A DNA stretch of 63,599 nucleotides, filler included, from Asterionella formosa (taxonomy: Eukaryota), in the NCBI GenBank assembly GCA_002256025.1. It is 6 parts of 6 records of this genome, joined end to end, with 100 filler letters (N's around TTAATTAATTAA, not from the genome) between each part and the next. Parts side by side here need not be neighbours in the genome. Positions count along the whole stretch, not along the records: positions 10,626 to 21,148 come from NKIB01009404.1; positions 21,249 to 31,770 come from NKIB01009415.1; 4 more parts are not named here. One strand, 5' to 3'. Below are positions 10,626 to 22,682 of this stretch, one piece after another; the stretch's first letter is position 1; every line of letters starts with the position of its first letter. The notes under the pieces are model-generated. The model worked only from the letters and a program-made list of their open reading frames with translations. It had not been told where the DNA came from and ran no database searches. Made by a program: the position numbers and the translations under genes.

Positions 10626-11327
10626 CCGTCATTACTGGAAGCCATGGGACGTACTCGACGATTGCAACCACTCGAGATGGTAGATGATGGTTTTGTGATT
10701 GATGCAATGGGAGGTCATAGAATTTCAGTAAAGGCATGATAACTCTACAGTCTTGTTGAGTCAGCATTTCGTTTTCCCAAGAGATTATTTGGAAAATGAT
10801 GTGTTGCTAGCTTCAACAAAACATGGTCCTGCTATGTACTTTTTGACGTGGTCGCTTCAAATTTGGTTTGCTTTCATGCAGGTCTTGTGTCATTGACAAA
10901 AGCATCCATCATCATGGTTCATCCAAACCATTGACATTGTAGAATGACTTAAATAATATAAATAGCCGAACCTTCAAATTTTTGGTTGCGTCAATTCACA
11001 TAGCAAGAACTTAAATTCCATTGATTATTATGGATCTGAATTGAGACCTCAGTGTTACCGCTCCTTTCTCATTTCGAAGACTCTTTTATGGGTCCGAACT
11101 GTCATTTGAAGTGAAGAATACATATATCCTCTCTCAACAAAGATCACGAGTGGTCTCAGTCATAAACCGCTGGCTTTTCAGCATTTAGTGGATTTAGCTG
11201 CAACGAAGATGTGCACTGCTTGTTATATAAACTTGAGTCAATGTTGGAGGGGAGAGGATGACGCAAAAGCTCCCATTTTGACAATTCGATTCCTCGCGTA
11301 CTTGCAGTTGGTTGACTCATCTTTCTA

Positions 11328-12377
11328 CTACTCTGGAGGCTTTGATTTCATGTAATTGCGAGAAACTCGTGCGTTCCACACATCAAATGTAATTGTTGAC
11401 GAAGAGCGATGTGAGAAAAGAGGGGTATCTAAGTTTGTTGAAGGTGGAACTGTCAACATCGCAGTGCCTCGGGGACGAACAAACAAGGTGGCGGCCATTC
11501 GTTCGTTAGTGTTGGTTGTGCTGGAAGTGACGACTCGATGTTTGGTAGCAGTCATTCCTGTCATATAAGCAAGAACAGATCCAACTAGAATGGTAACGAC
11601 TGAATGTCCATGATATGGAATGGGAGTCCAGACTCGGTTGTGGATCGACTGGTATTCTAGGCCCAGCCCCCCCTTTTGTATATGGGGAGCATCATGCACC
11701 AGAATGGAAATCAAGGAGGGGTCGGTATGAGTGGGCAATACAACTACACCAGTGGTGGGTGCTTCATCGCCATCGCCATCTTCGTCTTCGTGACGTACAT
11801 ATCGTTTGATATGCCATTGTGAATGGTTCCTAGTATCTCCCAAGGAATCTTGAAACCATTGGTTTGGTAAGTTCCATTTCCTCTCCAGGGCGGAAAGCAC
11901 CCTCTGCGCAACGTCATGAAGGGATAGGAACATTTGTTCCATATCATGTTGAAAGTTGGGAATGTCCTTGATCGGAAATGAATGATTGCCGTTGGAAAAG
12001 ACAAAGCCTTCTCTATATTGATTGTAACGCGAACTCATTCCTCCGGCTGAGTGGTGTCCAGTGGCGTGCGCCGAACTGTCCTCTTGTCGAATTCGAGGGC
12101 AGTCCTCCATCGCGGCACCGGCACCGGCACGGAGAGCGTCCAATGCGTGCTTGGCAGTCCCAAAGGCAGCTTGGTGGATTCGAGGCTGGTGATCATTCGT
12201 CAATTTCACCACCGCCAGGCCGCCGCCTTTTTCTAAATCCTGAACAACTTGGTCCCAAAATAAGTCACTCGAATCTGATGTTCTTGCTGCTGCCATGGCG
12301 CGTCGTTGGCTGTTCGTGCCAAGCAAGAGTAGTAAGTGAGTGGACCGGACTATGAACGCCAGTGGTGTCAACATCAT
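11328..12377 (-). CDS. 2-oxoglutarate/Fe(II)-dependent oxygenase (IPNS/DIOX-like)
   Basis: HxD (PTHTDPSLISIL), distal His (KHRVV) and the 2OG-binding Arg (ERMAATLFVRP). Start at 12377 or 12296; the ORF-track N-terminus derives from a MITE. Confidence 0.85.
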   Translation of the reverse strand: MMLTPLAFIVRSTHLLLLLGTNSQRRAMAAARTSDSSDLFWDQVVQDLEKGGGLAVVKLTNDHQPRIHQAAFGTAKHALDALRAGAGAAMEDCPRIRQEDSSAHATGHHSAGGMSSRYNQYREGFVFSNGNHSFPIKDIPNFQHDMEQMFLSLHDVAQRVLSALERKWNLPNQWFQDSLGDTRNHSQWHIKRYVRHEDEDGDGDEAPTTGVVVLPTHTDPSLISILVHDAPHIQKGGLGLEYQSIHNRVWTPIPYHGHSVVTILVGSVLAYMTGMTATKHRVVTSSTTNTNERMAATLFVRPRGTAMLTVPPSTNLDTPLFSHRSSSTITFDVWNARVSRNYMKSKPPE

Positions 12378-12417
12378 GATCCTTTCATTGCATTTCCGAT
12401 TCCGATACCGGTACCTG

Positions 12418-12506
12418 CAAGTTGTGGTCATTTTGCTTCAACTAACATTTTGATTCTCGGATAAAGATAGCTAAATCTTTAGTTTCAGCAAAATTACGGC
12501 AACTAC
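12418..12506. mobile_element. MITE family A, copy 2
   Basis: CAAGTTGTGGTCATTTTGCT...AGCAAAATTACGGCAAC aligns end to end with copy 1 and is preceded by TACCGGTACCTG. Confidence 0.8.
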
Positions 12507-13224
12507 ATTTTTAGCCTCTTGCTGATGCGGTTGCATTTGATTGGCGGATCAGATCATTGATCCTTGATGCGAGCCATCTGGTACCAGGTCAATATTCTTT
12601 ACTAAGTACCTATATACATCTGTATATATCTGTCGACATCACTATTAGCCACGCACACGCATACCAGCAGTGTTCGTTCTATGGAGCATGATGTATATCT
12701 AACCGGTAGCTATATAGTATACAAATATTGATATTTTCTGTTTTCCACAATCATGCGTAATAAAAATGTTGTGGTACCTGGTAACCAAACACTCGTACCA
12801 GGTACTGTTTCGTCGTGTCGGACGAACGCAAGGCAAACGGCGATGTCAAGACTCGATGATGGCACAAAACACGACTCTCTCGATAGCATCGTGTTCGGGG
12901 AGCACCGTTAGTCAAACATGATATTCATGTATGAATAAAATCAATCATTTACTCATGGGCATAGCACCTGCCGAGCTCCCACAAAATAAACCGTCTCCTT
13001 TCATCGCTCACATTTTCTTAGACGGTTGGTCCAAACGACGAAAACCAGCAGGCGGCTACACACACACGTGTTTCCTTTGTACATTACAATCGCAACAATC
13101 AAAAACGAAAGATAACATCTGACTATATCACAACAAAAGCTTCCTATACTTCTCCCTCAATAGAGGCGCATTACACCTCCATAAAACTACAGCACAGCGA
13201 TACAACAACAAATACAACACGACG

Positions 13225-15373
13225 ATGAAGTGCTTTGGAGTTCTTCTTGCGGTTATTGCGGTAAGCGTCAATGTTATTGATGCAATTACCCCAGCCCCAA
13301 CACCTTCCAAAGCAGCGAACTCGACTTCCTCTCAGAAACCCACTGCTGTCCTAACGTCGACGCACTCCCCTTCAAAGAACGGGACCGCCACCACGCTTGG
13401 TACAACTGCGACTGTCAAACCAACATCAAAACGAATCACAAACTCCCCCACAGATTCACCAGCCCCTAGCCCCAGCCCATCGATTTCGCCATCTCTTGTC
13501 CCTACCGGAACGACCGGGCCTACCGCTTTTCCATCACTTGTACCAACGGACAGTCCTGCTCCTAGTCCAGCGCCATCTCAAACCCCGTCATCCGTACCAT
13601 CGAGCTCCCCATCCGCTGTTCCTTCAGAATCTCCTTCGAGCAATCCATCGTCACAGCCGAGTATGGTTCCATCGAGTGCTCCATCAAGTTCTCCTTCCTT
13701 GTCCAATCGTCCTAGTTTATCTCCAACATCGTCCATGAATCCGACTTCTCCAACCTCAGGTCCATCCAACAGCCCATCCATTCTTCCAAGTATATCTCCT
13801 ACTATATCGCCATCAACCTCCCCGACCGCAGAGATGATTGTCCAGTCGGCGAGGAATTCTGTTACCTTTGAAAGCCTCAACACATTTATGAATGCTGATG
13901 CTCAAGCTGTTTTTGAACAACAAACTAANNNNNNNNNNNNNNNNNNNNNNNNNNNNNNNNNNNNNNNNNNNNNNNNNNNNNNNNNNNNNNNNNNNNNNNN
14001 NNNNNNNNNNNNNNNNNNNNNNNNNNNNNNNNNNNNNNNNNNNNNNNNNNNNNNNNNNNNNNNNNNNNNNNNNNNNNNNNNNNNNNNNNNNNNNNNNNNN
14101 NNNNNNNNNNNNNNNNNNNNNNNNNNNNNNNNNNNNNNNNNNNNNNNNNNNNNNNNNNNNNNNNNNNNNNNNNNNNNNNNNNNNNNNNNNNNNNNNNNNN
14201 NNNNNNNNNNNNNNNNNNNNNNNNNNNNNNNNNNNNNNNNNNNNNNNNNNNNNNNNNNNNNNNNNNNNNNNNNNNNNNNNNNNNNNNNNNNNNNNNNNNN
14301 NNNNNNNNNNNNNNNNNNNNNNNNNNNNNNNNNNNNNNNNNNNNNNNNNNNNNNNNNNNNNNNNNNNNNNNNNNNNNNNNNNNNNNNNNNNNNNNNNNNN
14401 NNNNNNNNNNNNNNNNNNNNNNNNNNNNNNNNNNNNAGGCTATGTGGGAGTTGTGCTATCTGTACTTGGTGCGGTCGCACTTGCGGTTGTGGCTGCTGTA
14501 TACGCCGTTCGTGCTCGGCGTCGTGATACAGACACAGTTTCGAGAGGAGCACGCCTTGACCTTTGCAACTTGGATCGATGTGACTCCCATTCGACGGCTT
14601 TGACTCCATACGGAGTCGTAGATAGTCCTGGATCCATGGAGTCAGGGTTTTATCCAGGGAAAGCAAAGGATAAAGAAAGCAAAGAACAAATTACGGAAAT
14701 GGCAAAGACAAAGTCTTTGTTGGATTCCATGGTCAATCACAGTGCCTCCAGTGAAACGGAAGAACAGAGACTTGAAGGGCAAGATCAGGATATGGGCACG
14801 AGACTTGCTGAAAATGTTATGGCATCCCATGCGACCAACTCCACTCGAATGGACCCCCCTCCATCGAATTGCGGGCAAACAACTATTGATCTGCATGTGC
14901 CAACAATGGGAAGCAGCTTTTGTTACTCGGATGATGAGTCGCATCGATCAGAGGAACTGACTCCTGCTTCGGCCATGAATTCTCCTCCTGGACATGTTGT
15001 GGAAGGCACGAATGACATCCAAACTATGTCTGTACTCGGCGCTCGTCCCATGAAACATTCCGAGAAAAATAAATTTAAGGACACACAAGCACAAGAAGCT
15101 CTCACGGCGAAACGGTCCGGGTTATACGATGTGTTTGCTCCTGCTGGCGCACTTGGAATTGTGGTTGATACAACACGCGATGGTCCTGTGGTACATTCCA
15201 TGAAATCAACGTCTCCACTTTTGGGATTGATGAGTCCTGGGGATTTGATTGTCGGATTGGATGACATTGATACGCGCAGTATGACTGCGGCAACTCTGAC
15301 ACGAGCCATGGCGAAGCTCTCCGACCAACCAGAAAGGAAAATTACATTGTTGGCCGTTGAGACAACAAACTAA
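13225..15373 (+). CDS. Type I membrane protein: signal peptide, Ser/Pro/Thr-rich (PSxxPS) stalk, TM helix, C-terminal PDZ domain; spans N gap 13929-14436
   Basis: MKCFGVLLAVIAVSVNVIDA signal and PSxxPS repeats. After the gap: TM (YVGVVLSVLGAVALAVVAAVYAV-RARRR) and PDZ (APAGALGIVVDTT..GPVVHSMK..SPL.G...GDLIVGLDD). Joining across the gap is inferred. Confidence 0.8.
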
Positions 15374-15543
15374 AAACGTAATATAATGAATCTTTGGTGA
15401 AATTTAACCTTGTAACCTCTATGCCTCTCTACATATAAAAATAGTAAAAGAAAGGTAAATTTGCATATCTTTTCCGTATACGTCTAGTCAAATTTTTAAA
15501 AACTGCTAAAAAGTCGCTGTAACATAAAAAATATTTTATAACA

Positions 15544-18500
15544 TCAACTCCCTAGAGATCTAACTTCCTCTACGGGAATTCCGTACGCAGCTTTTTCTGT
15601 CCCACTAGGTTTACCATCCCCGAGCTTTTTGAAGAGGACTTTAGTACGCTGTGTGATCCCGGGATCTGTTGAGATGCAGTCGGCAATATCGCAATCAGTG
15701 ACAAGTTGATGAAAGAACTTCTGACGTTCTCCCGGAGTATGTAAATGAGGACATAAGTTAGCAAAAAGTCGGACAGTGTTGCCGAAATTGAGTGGCCCGA
15801 GGTAGTACGGTTGTTCAACGACACCTCCAATTGATGGGATACCAAGAGCTTGACGACCAGTGAGCATGACGCGAACATTGCGAGTTTCTCGAAACAAGTT
15901 GCTGAGAAACAAAGGAAAATCTTGAGCTTCATCGTTGCCTTCCATGAGCTCAGTGCGATCAAAAACAATCAAGGCCTTTGTGCTCTTCAGGGCACGACAG
16001 ATGATTTCAAAGAGGTCCTCCATATCTGTGCCAGGCACTGGTAGGTCGGCTTTGCCTGCTTCAACCAGTTTGTCCAAAAGGGACTGAATGAGGAGCCGGA
16101 ATCTGTCACCACCGCAACCTTGCTTTGTCTTGACGAAAAAGATACGATCAACCTCCAAAATAGTGCTAGAACGTTCGTTGATGTAGTGGCAGATAGCGCA
16201 TACTAAGGAACTTTTCCCAACACCAGTTTCTCCAACTACAGTTACTAATCTCTTTGTAAGAATAGCGTTGAGAACGTGATACATTTCAACCTCACGACCT
16301 AAGAAAAATTGAGGCGGAGTAGGTGATGGATCTTCCTGCATCATATTTCGAACGGAGAGTTCAGAGCTTTTTGCACCTCCGAAGTACGATGACCGAGATC
16401 GTTGCAAAAGGCCGCTTCGTTTAGAAGTCTTTGATCGTAATGATCGATTGCTTCCAGTCTTAGGCCATTCTCGTAACGGGTTTGCGTTGAAGATAGGGAC
16501 GTCATGGTTTCCGTCGCGAGGAAGGAGAACAAATTTATTCATCTCGTCTTCGGCGTTGCGTAGATTTGGTGAAACACGAACCGCCTTACAGCCCTGTTCA
16601 AAAGAATTTTTTACAGTGTGACCAACAGCAAGAGCTAAGTAAAAGTGTCGAGTGAATGTCAATGCTGCAGCATCCTTCAACTCAGATTCTTGTTGGCAAC
16701 ACACAACATGCGGAACGCCAGCACTGGCGAACGTTTCGCCGGCAAGGCCAGAGTGGCAAGCAGAAACGAAGACAAATTTAAATGGAGCTTCCTCCTGTAG
16801 AATCAGGTCTTCAAGTACATTAACCTCAAGCCAATTAGGTCCCCCTCTTCCATTTTCGAGAGGAAGGTAGGTGGGATGCCCATGCCCAGAATAGTGGAGG
16901 CAACTGCAACGCTTTGTCATAGCGGCAACTAGACGATCAGGAGTGGCATTGTCGAATGACAATTCAATGTCACGGGAGGCTTCTTTGAGACACTGCCAAA
17001 GGAGCTCCCGTTCCATGTCGAAATCCAGCTTGGCAAATGGCCGAAGCTTCCNNNNNNNNNNNNNNNNNNNNNNNNNNNNNNNNNNNNNNNNNNNNNNNNN
17101 NNNNNNNNNNNNNNNNNNNNNNNNNNNNNNNNNNNNNNNNNNNNNNNNNNNNNNNNNNNNNNNNNNNNNNNNNNNNNNNNNNNNNNNNNNNNNNNNNNNN
17201 NNNNNNNNNNNNNNNNNNNNNNNNNNNNNNNNNNNNNNNNNNNNNNNNNNNNNNNNNNNNNNNNNNNNNNNNNNNNNNNNNNNNNNNNNNNNNNNNNNNN
17301 NNNNNNNNNNNNNNNNNNNNNNNNNNNNNNNNNNNNNNNNNNNNNNNNNNNNNNNNNNNNNNNNNNNNNNNNNNNNNNNNNNNNNNNNNNNNNNNNNNNN
17401 NNNNNNNNNNNNNNNNNNNNNNNNNNNNNNNNNNNNNNNNNNNNNNNNNNNNNNNNNNNNNNNNNNNNNNNNNNNNNNNNNNNNNNNNNNNNNNNNNNNN
17501 NNNNNNNNNNNNNNNNNNNNNNNNNNNNNNNNNNNNNNNNNNNNNNNNNNNNNNNNNNNNNNNNNNNNNNNNNNNNNNNNNATTGGAGTTGAAACTGTTC
17601 GAGGAAATGTTGAGCTTGCGGAGACACGTATTCTTTATTAAAGAGCCACAGAGTACCTCCGTGAACTGGTAGTTTTCCGCTTCTAGGCCATTGCACGATA
17701 TATCCAACGATTTCAGAGTCAATGCATTATTCTTCAGGTAAGCAATAATCTCTAGAGCCAACCCTCCAGTAAAGAGCTCATTTGACGACAAGTTCAAAGT
17801 GTGGAGTGACGAACGCCATGTTCTCTTCTTTATCTTCACACCCGCGCTCTGGTTGTACCTATGCAGCTCAACGTAGGATCTCAGAATCCCTATAACTTTC
17901 GTTCCTTGTCGAATTTTGTTCATGGAAAGGTCCAGTTGCTCCAGAGAACAAGATGAGTGCTTATCGTGGGCGATCCCCAAAACAGAAGCACATAAGTCAT
18001 CCCCGAGATTGTTACCACTTAAGTCAAGAATTCGAAGCGATGAAAGTGGTCGTGGGCTTGGCGACCCGTGGGAGGGTCCAACTGAGCTTCCCAGTAACTC
18101 GAAAAAGGCTCCCCAAATCTCTGCTCCGAGCTGCGGTGTGTTTCGAATGGCAAAAAACCAGAAGGAACCTTGTTTCTGGCTGACACTCTCTGAGTGTCGC
18201 GGAGAAAATAGCATACGACTGCTGTCTTGGCGAGGTCCTTGGCCAGCTATCAATTTCTCCATTGTTTCCAGAATCGCAACCAACGCTTTAACCGCTCTAT
18301 CATTGAGTATGTTGTCATAAGTCAAATAAGAAACCCAAGGCGGAAGAGAACCTGCCAGATTGGCAAGTAGAGCACTGCCGTCATCGGCTTCACTCCCTTT
18401 GTCCATAGAGCTGATCACTTTCCATTCCGCGTTCCTCGCAAATGACAGGCCTCTAATCATTGGGCAGCGATACAGCGCCTGTACCAATGTCTCAGAAAAT

Positions 18501-21148
18501 TCTCCAGCAAAACTACTGTTAGTGAAACCTAAAGTCCAATGAAGGTTATCGGAATCCAGTGCTGCAGCGTGCTTATCACATAACCGAGAAACAAGCTGGC
18601 CTTCTCTTTTAAACGAAAAATATCTGCGTTGCGCCATGACAAGCGCTCTGAAATTAAACGACGCCTCTGGACAAAGATCGTACAAAGGAAGGATCTCATT
18701 CTGGAGGAGGCGTGACGGGATACAATTATCAAGTAATCGTTGAACGCGATCCATCACTAACACCATTCCATCCTTAGCACTTGGCAGCATAGATTGCTTA
18801 TGGGAAAGAATCCAATTCTTCTCGTTGTCGGCATTGTCAAGAGGATATACTTGTCGTGCTAAAAGACCACCATCGTCACTCAATTCGTTACTTCGAAGGG
18901 AGGACGTACTGGGCTGGTCGACCGGTATGATGAGGTCAACACAATTGCCAGAATTCTCATACACATTAGCATATTGCTGTAATGTGAGACTTTGCTGCTC
19001 AGCACTTTCCTCGTCAGTTGCAATATTCTCAAAAAAGTCTTCAATACCTTCAACGCCTTCGTCTCCGCATAAGCTTCTATTGGTGGACGAGCTTGATGAT
19101 TGACCAGAGTTTTCTCTAACTAGCTTTAGTGGTGGGAATATTCCTTTCCGCCTGGCCTCAGCTAATGCTTCTTTCCAAGTAGAGGCGAGAACCCTCCTTA
19201 TCTCTCTTCGAGCCATCGCTTGTATCAAAAGCGACCTCTGTAAGCAGAACCAGTCTCCCAATAGTTTTGGATCGTTTCCCGCGACTTGAACAGCTAACTC
19301 GTCGTCTGCAAATCCCAAAGATAAGCATACCTGCCCAGCTGCATTCGAAACATCGGTTCTATCGCCACGCTGGACCTTCGCCTGCAACAGATACTGTAAC
19401 GACTTGTCGATAATCAATATTTTTAACGGTTCAGACTTAGCCAAGGCACTGAGACCCCTTAGCGCATCATTCTTGAGTTCACTCCACAGACCAGTCTCGT
19501 CATTTTCTTCATTTTCGGCAGATTGTTTTAGCAAAAGAGTCAAAGCGTGGAGAACCTGGCATGTCCATGATGTGAAACCTTCGTCAACGGCCAAGTCTGA
19601 TAACAATAGGGGTGAGAGAGAAGCTAGACATCTACTTGATTCGACAAGTAGATCAGCCTGGTCGATTTGCTCAGTCCCTTCCGACAGAACATCTTTAGTA
19701 AAAGGAAGGTATACTATCCTAAGTAAGCTCAACAAGCCACCGCTTTGAGCTGTCTGGATACACCCTCTTATCAAGGTTGTTTCATAGGATTCAAGGCGCG
19801 ACTGAGTGTATTGTAGGACAGGCGGCAATGCGCCAGCTATTCCTTCAGCTAGATCAAGGATATTCGCCAATGCACAGAGAGCTTGGTGGAGCTCTCTGAC
19901 AACTCCTGAAGGTGACAGCTGGTCGCTAGCTTGTCGCTCCATAATAAATTCTTCGACGCGATCATGCCTACGGAGCATGTTGCAAACGTCACAAACGTCG
20001 TCCTTCAATACACGTCCTAGCGCTTCTACCGCTCCATCTTCGCACAATTGAAGACGCGTTAATCTCGTTGGATTTTTGTCTTCACTGATTACTCTCAAAG
20101 CTTCTATTGACATGGCCCTTAGCATTCCTCGATTACATGATCTAGCCATTGCCACAAATTGTCCAATCGCGCCCCCGTGGACAATATCACTTATAACTGT
20201 GTCGCGTTTGTCAGACGATGCAGCTTCATTGTCTAGGTCCTCAGCGCTGTAAACGCTTGCCAAAGTCATTGCACCTGCGGCAAGTTGTAACAGTGCACTG
20301 CCAGCCGCAAATGCTACTTGTTGCGATGAAGAATCTGAATGGTTGTAAAGTAACGGGATCAAATAATTGATACATTGAGCTTCCACCACAGCTGCCCGAG
20401 TGTGAGGAGCCACACACAGACTAGAAAGGATCTGTGCTACCCCCAATCTCACTTCGTGTCCCACCGACTCCGCAACAGCCAACTCAACAATTTCTCGCAA
20501 CGCGCCCTCGCTCACGATCTGAGAGTGAATCCATCCAGCCATATACTTGTCTTGTGTCGACGTAAGATCACGCAATGCAGTCGCAGCGGGACGGACCTTC
20601 TCTGTGTCTTTTGACTTCATCCAACAAACTAAGACCTTCAAGAGACCTTCTCGAACGGCAATGGGTCGCGCCACATCCAGGGCACACATTTGCTCGACTA
20701 GTGTATATCGCAAATTCAACTTGGAATCGTAAGTTTGGAGTCGTGGTGGCTCGGTGTCAAAGATTTCTTTGTCGTCGAGCTTTGCCATGTTCACAATGAG
20801 GGATACTGTCATCGCCAACAATTCTTGTACTTCTAGCTGACTTTGGTCAAATGTTCCGCCTCCGGTCCCGACTTGAAGTTGCCAACCCCTAGAACGATAT
20901 TGTGCTCCCCGCTTTTGTTGGGGCGCAGTGGCAACACCCCCGGATCTAGCATTTTCTATTTGTATCATGGGGGAAAAGGCATTGATCCAAAAAGTAGTTA
21001 AACCCATTGCAGAAGCATTGAACATGTCAGACCGGGAAATTTCTTCGCCATTTGGAGACATTGATCTTGACAACAAAAGACAACGCAAGCATTCCACGAT
21101 TCTTAACCCAACCGTCGGGGAAGATAATTGAGTTGATTCTACAACTGA
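15544..21148 (-). CDS. ARM-repeat / LRR / CHAT (caspase-like) protease / STAND-type P-loop NTPase protein; 5'-truncated, spans N gap 17052-17581
   Basis: The upstream ORF is open to the scaffold end and has ARM repeats and RI-like LRRs (LRILDLSGNNLG, LEQLDLSMNKI, LHTLNLSSNEL, LKSLDISCNGL). The downstream ORF is open from the gap: CHAT (LDFDMERE..LHYSGHG..FVFVSACHSG), Walker A GETGVGKS, Walker B ALIVFD, and GxP (GDGKP). A single gene is inferred. Confidence 0.8.
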
Positions 21149-21248
21149 NNNNNNNNNNNNNNNNNNNNNNNNNNNNNNNNNNNNNNNNNNNNTTAATTAA
21201 TTAANNNNNNNNNNNNNNNNNNNNNNNNNNNNNNNNNNNNNNNNNNNN
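21149..21248. other. Artificial scaffold-joining linker
   Basis: N44-TTAATTAATTAA-N44. Confidence 0.98.
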
Positions 21249-22208
21249 CCTGATCTTGTCATTGTCTATTGTTTGAAATGTAGTAATGATGTCATAAATT
21301 AATGAGGATTTTAAATGTTCATTACCTATGCTTGAAATGTTTAAATATTCGAATATTCATTGATAAGGTTGAACAAATGATAGAATATTTTCAAAAAATT
21401 AATGACGACTTCAAATGTAAACTAATAAAATTATTAGATGACAAACATTCAAACCCTCTTTGACCTGGCGGGATAGTATCATTGTCAAGTCGAAGCTGAA
21501 CCAAGTCTGTTTCCATGTAATGCTCACCTAACTCCTCCATCTTGTCCCATTGACATTGTCACTCTGGGCATGCAAAGTCACAGCATTCGCAGAAGATGCA
21601 ATTCCCACAGCCTGCTACTTCTGATTTGTCAAGGACACGATCAACACAAGTAGGGCATGGAACATGATTATATGGAAGAGGATTGGCATTCAATAGTAGG
21701 GGCGATCCAACAGAACTCATGGTTGATTGTTTGTTGTTCGACATTATTTTGTTGCTCAAAGGATGCCTAGTATACAATATGCTCGAGGTATATAACTAGA
21801 GTCTATACATGTGTTCTGGTGGGGAGTAAAATTATATCTAAATTGAGCAATGTAGATAAAACATTAACATCTTCATTCTTTTTGAAATGGAACTGTGCCA
21901 ATGTGGGGCCATTTTCTACTCAGTTTAAATATTCAAACAGGTACTTGCATCATGGGAATACACAGAAACAAATTCCCAGTTCCACGTTATTTTTACAACC
22001 CTAGCGATTTTTTCTTCAAACTAGGGTTACGCCGGGGCCGCGACTTTTTTTTGGCTGTTCCAAGGCGCCAGGAGAAAACCTATCCGGCCGCTTTGCCCGC
22101 CTGCCCCATCGAGGTGAGGTGCTTGCTGGTGATGTGGTCGTTGGCGGTCATGTGCATGTTGAGGAATGTAACAGGTGGTATGGTGCTACATAGGATACAT
22201 TCTTTGCT

Positions 22209-22241
22209 GGTACCTGGTACCTGGTACCAGGGTACCAGGTA
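22209..22241. repeat. (TACCWGG)n array
   Basis: GGTACCTGGTACCTGGTACCAGGGTACCAGGTA, with further copies at ~22265 and ~22395-22424. Confidence 0.9.
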
Positions 22242-22682
22242 ACAGCAGTAACAGTACTGTACATGGTACCAGGTACGGTACGTCCGAGGCTATGTGATGC
22301 GTATCAAGTGCGGCCGCACTTGGAATTATCGCAAAAACATTTGATATATCATCGTACATAAAAAGTTTTTACCAGGTATACTCGACACTCCGACGGTACC
22401 TGGTACCTGGTACCCCTGGTACCATATGTTCCGAATTAATTAATCCAACGAACAAATGTTCCATGTGAAACACACATCACAATCGTCAGCTTGTCAATTG
22501 AGTTCGCGTTCAATATATATTATATATATAAAACAAAAATATAAAATTCGATTGTGCCCTTACCAATTCTCTAACATAATAGTAGAGGACGGACAAGTGT
22601 TGTGTTGCACAGACATTTGCTCCAGGGATTTACTGATTCATTGTTCAAGAGCTTTGCCGGCAGAAACGACCGAGACTTCAAC

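Noticed and set aside
13892..17696. Long ORF-track entries running through N gaps
   Set aside because: Their lengths and frames are artefacts of X translation; only the flanking real sequence was used.
21997..22030. AACCCTAG...CTAGGGTT inverted repeat resembling telomere motif
   Set aside because: A single 8-bp arm pair with no array is compatible with chance.
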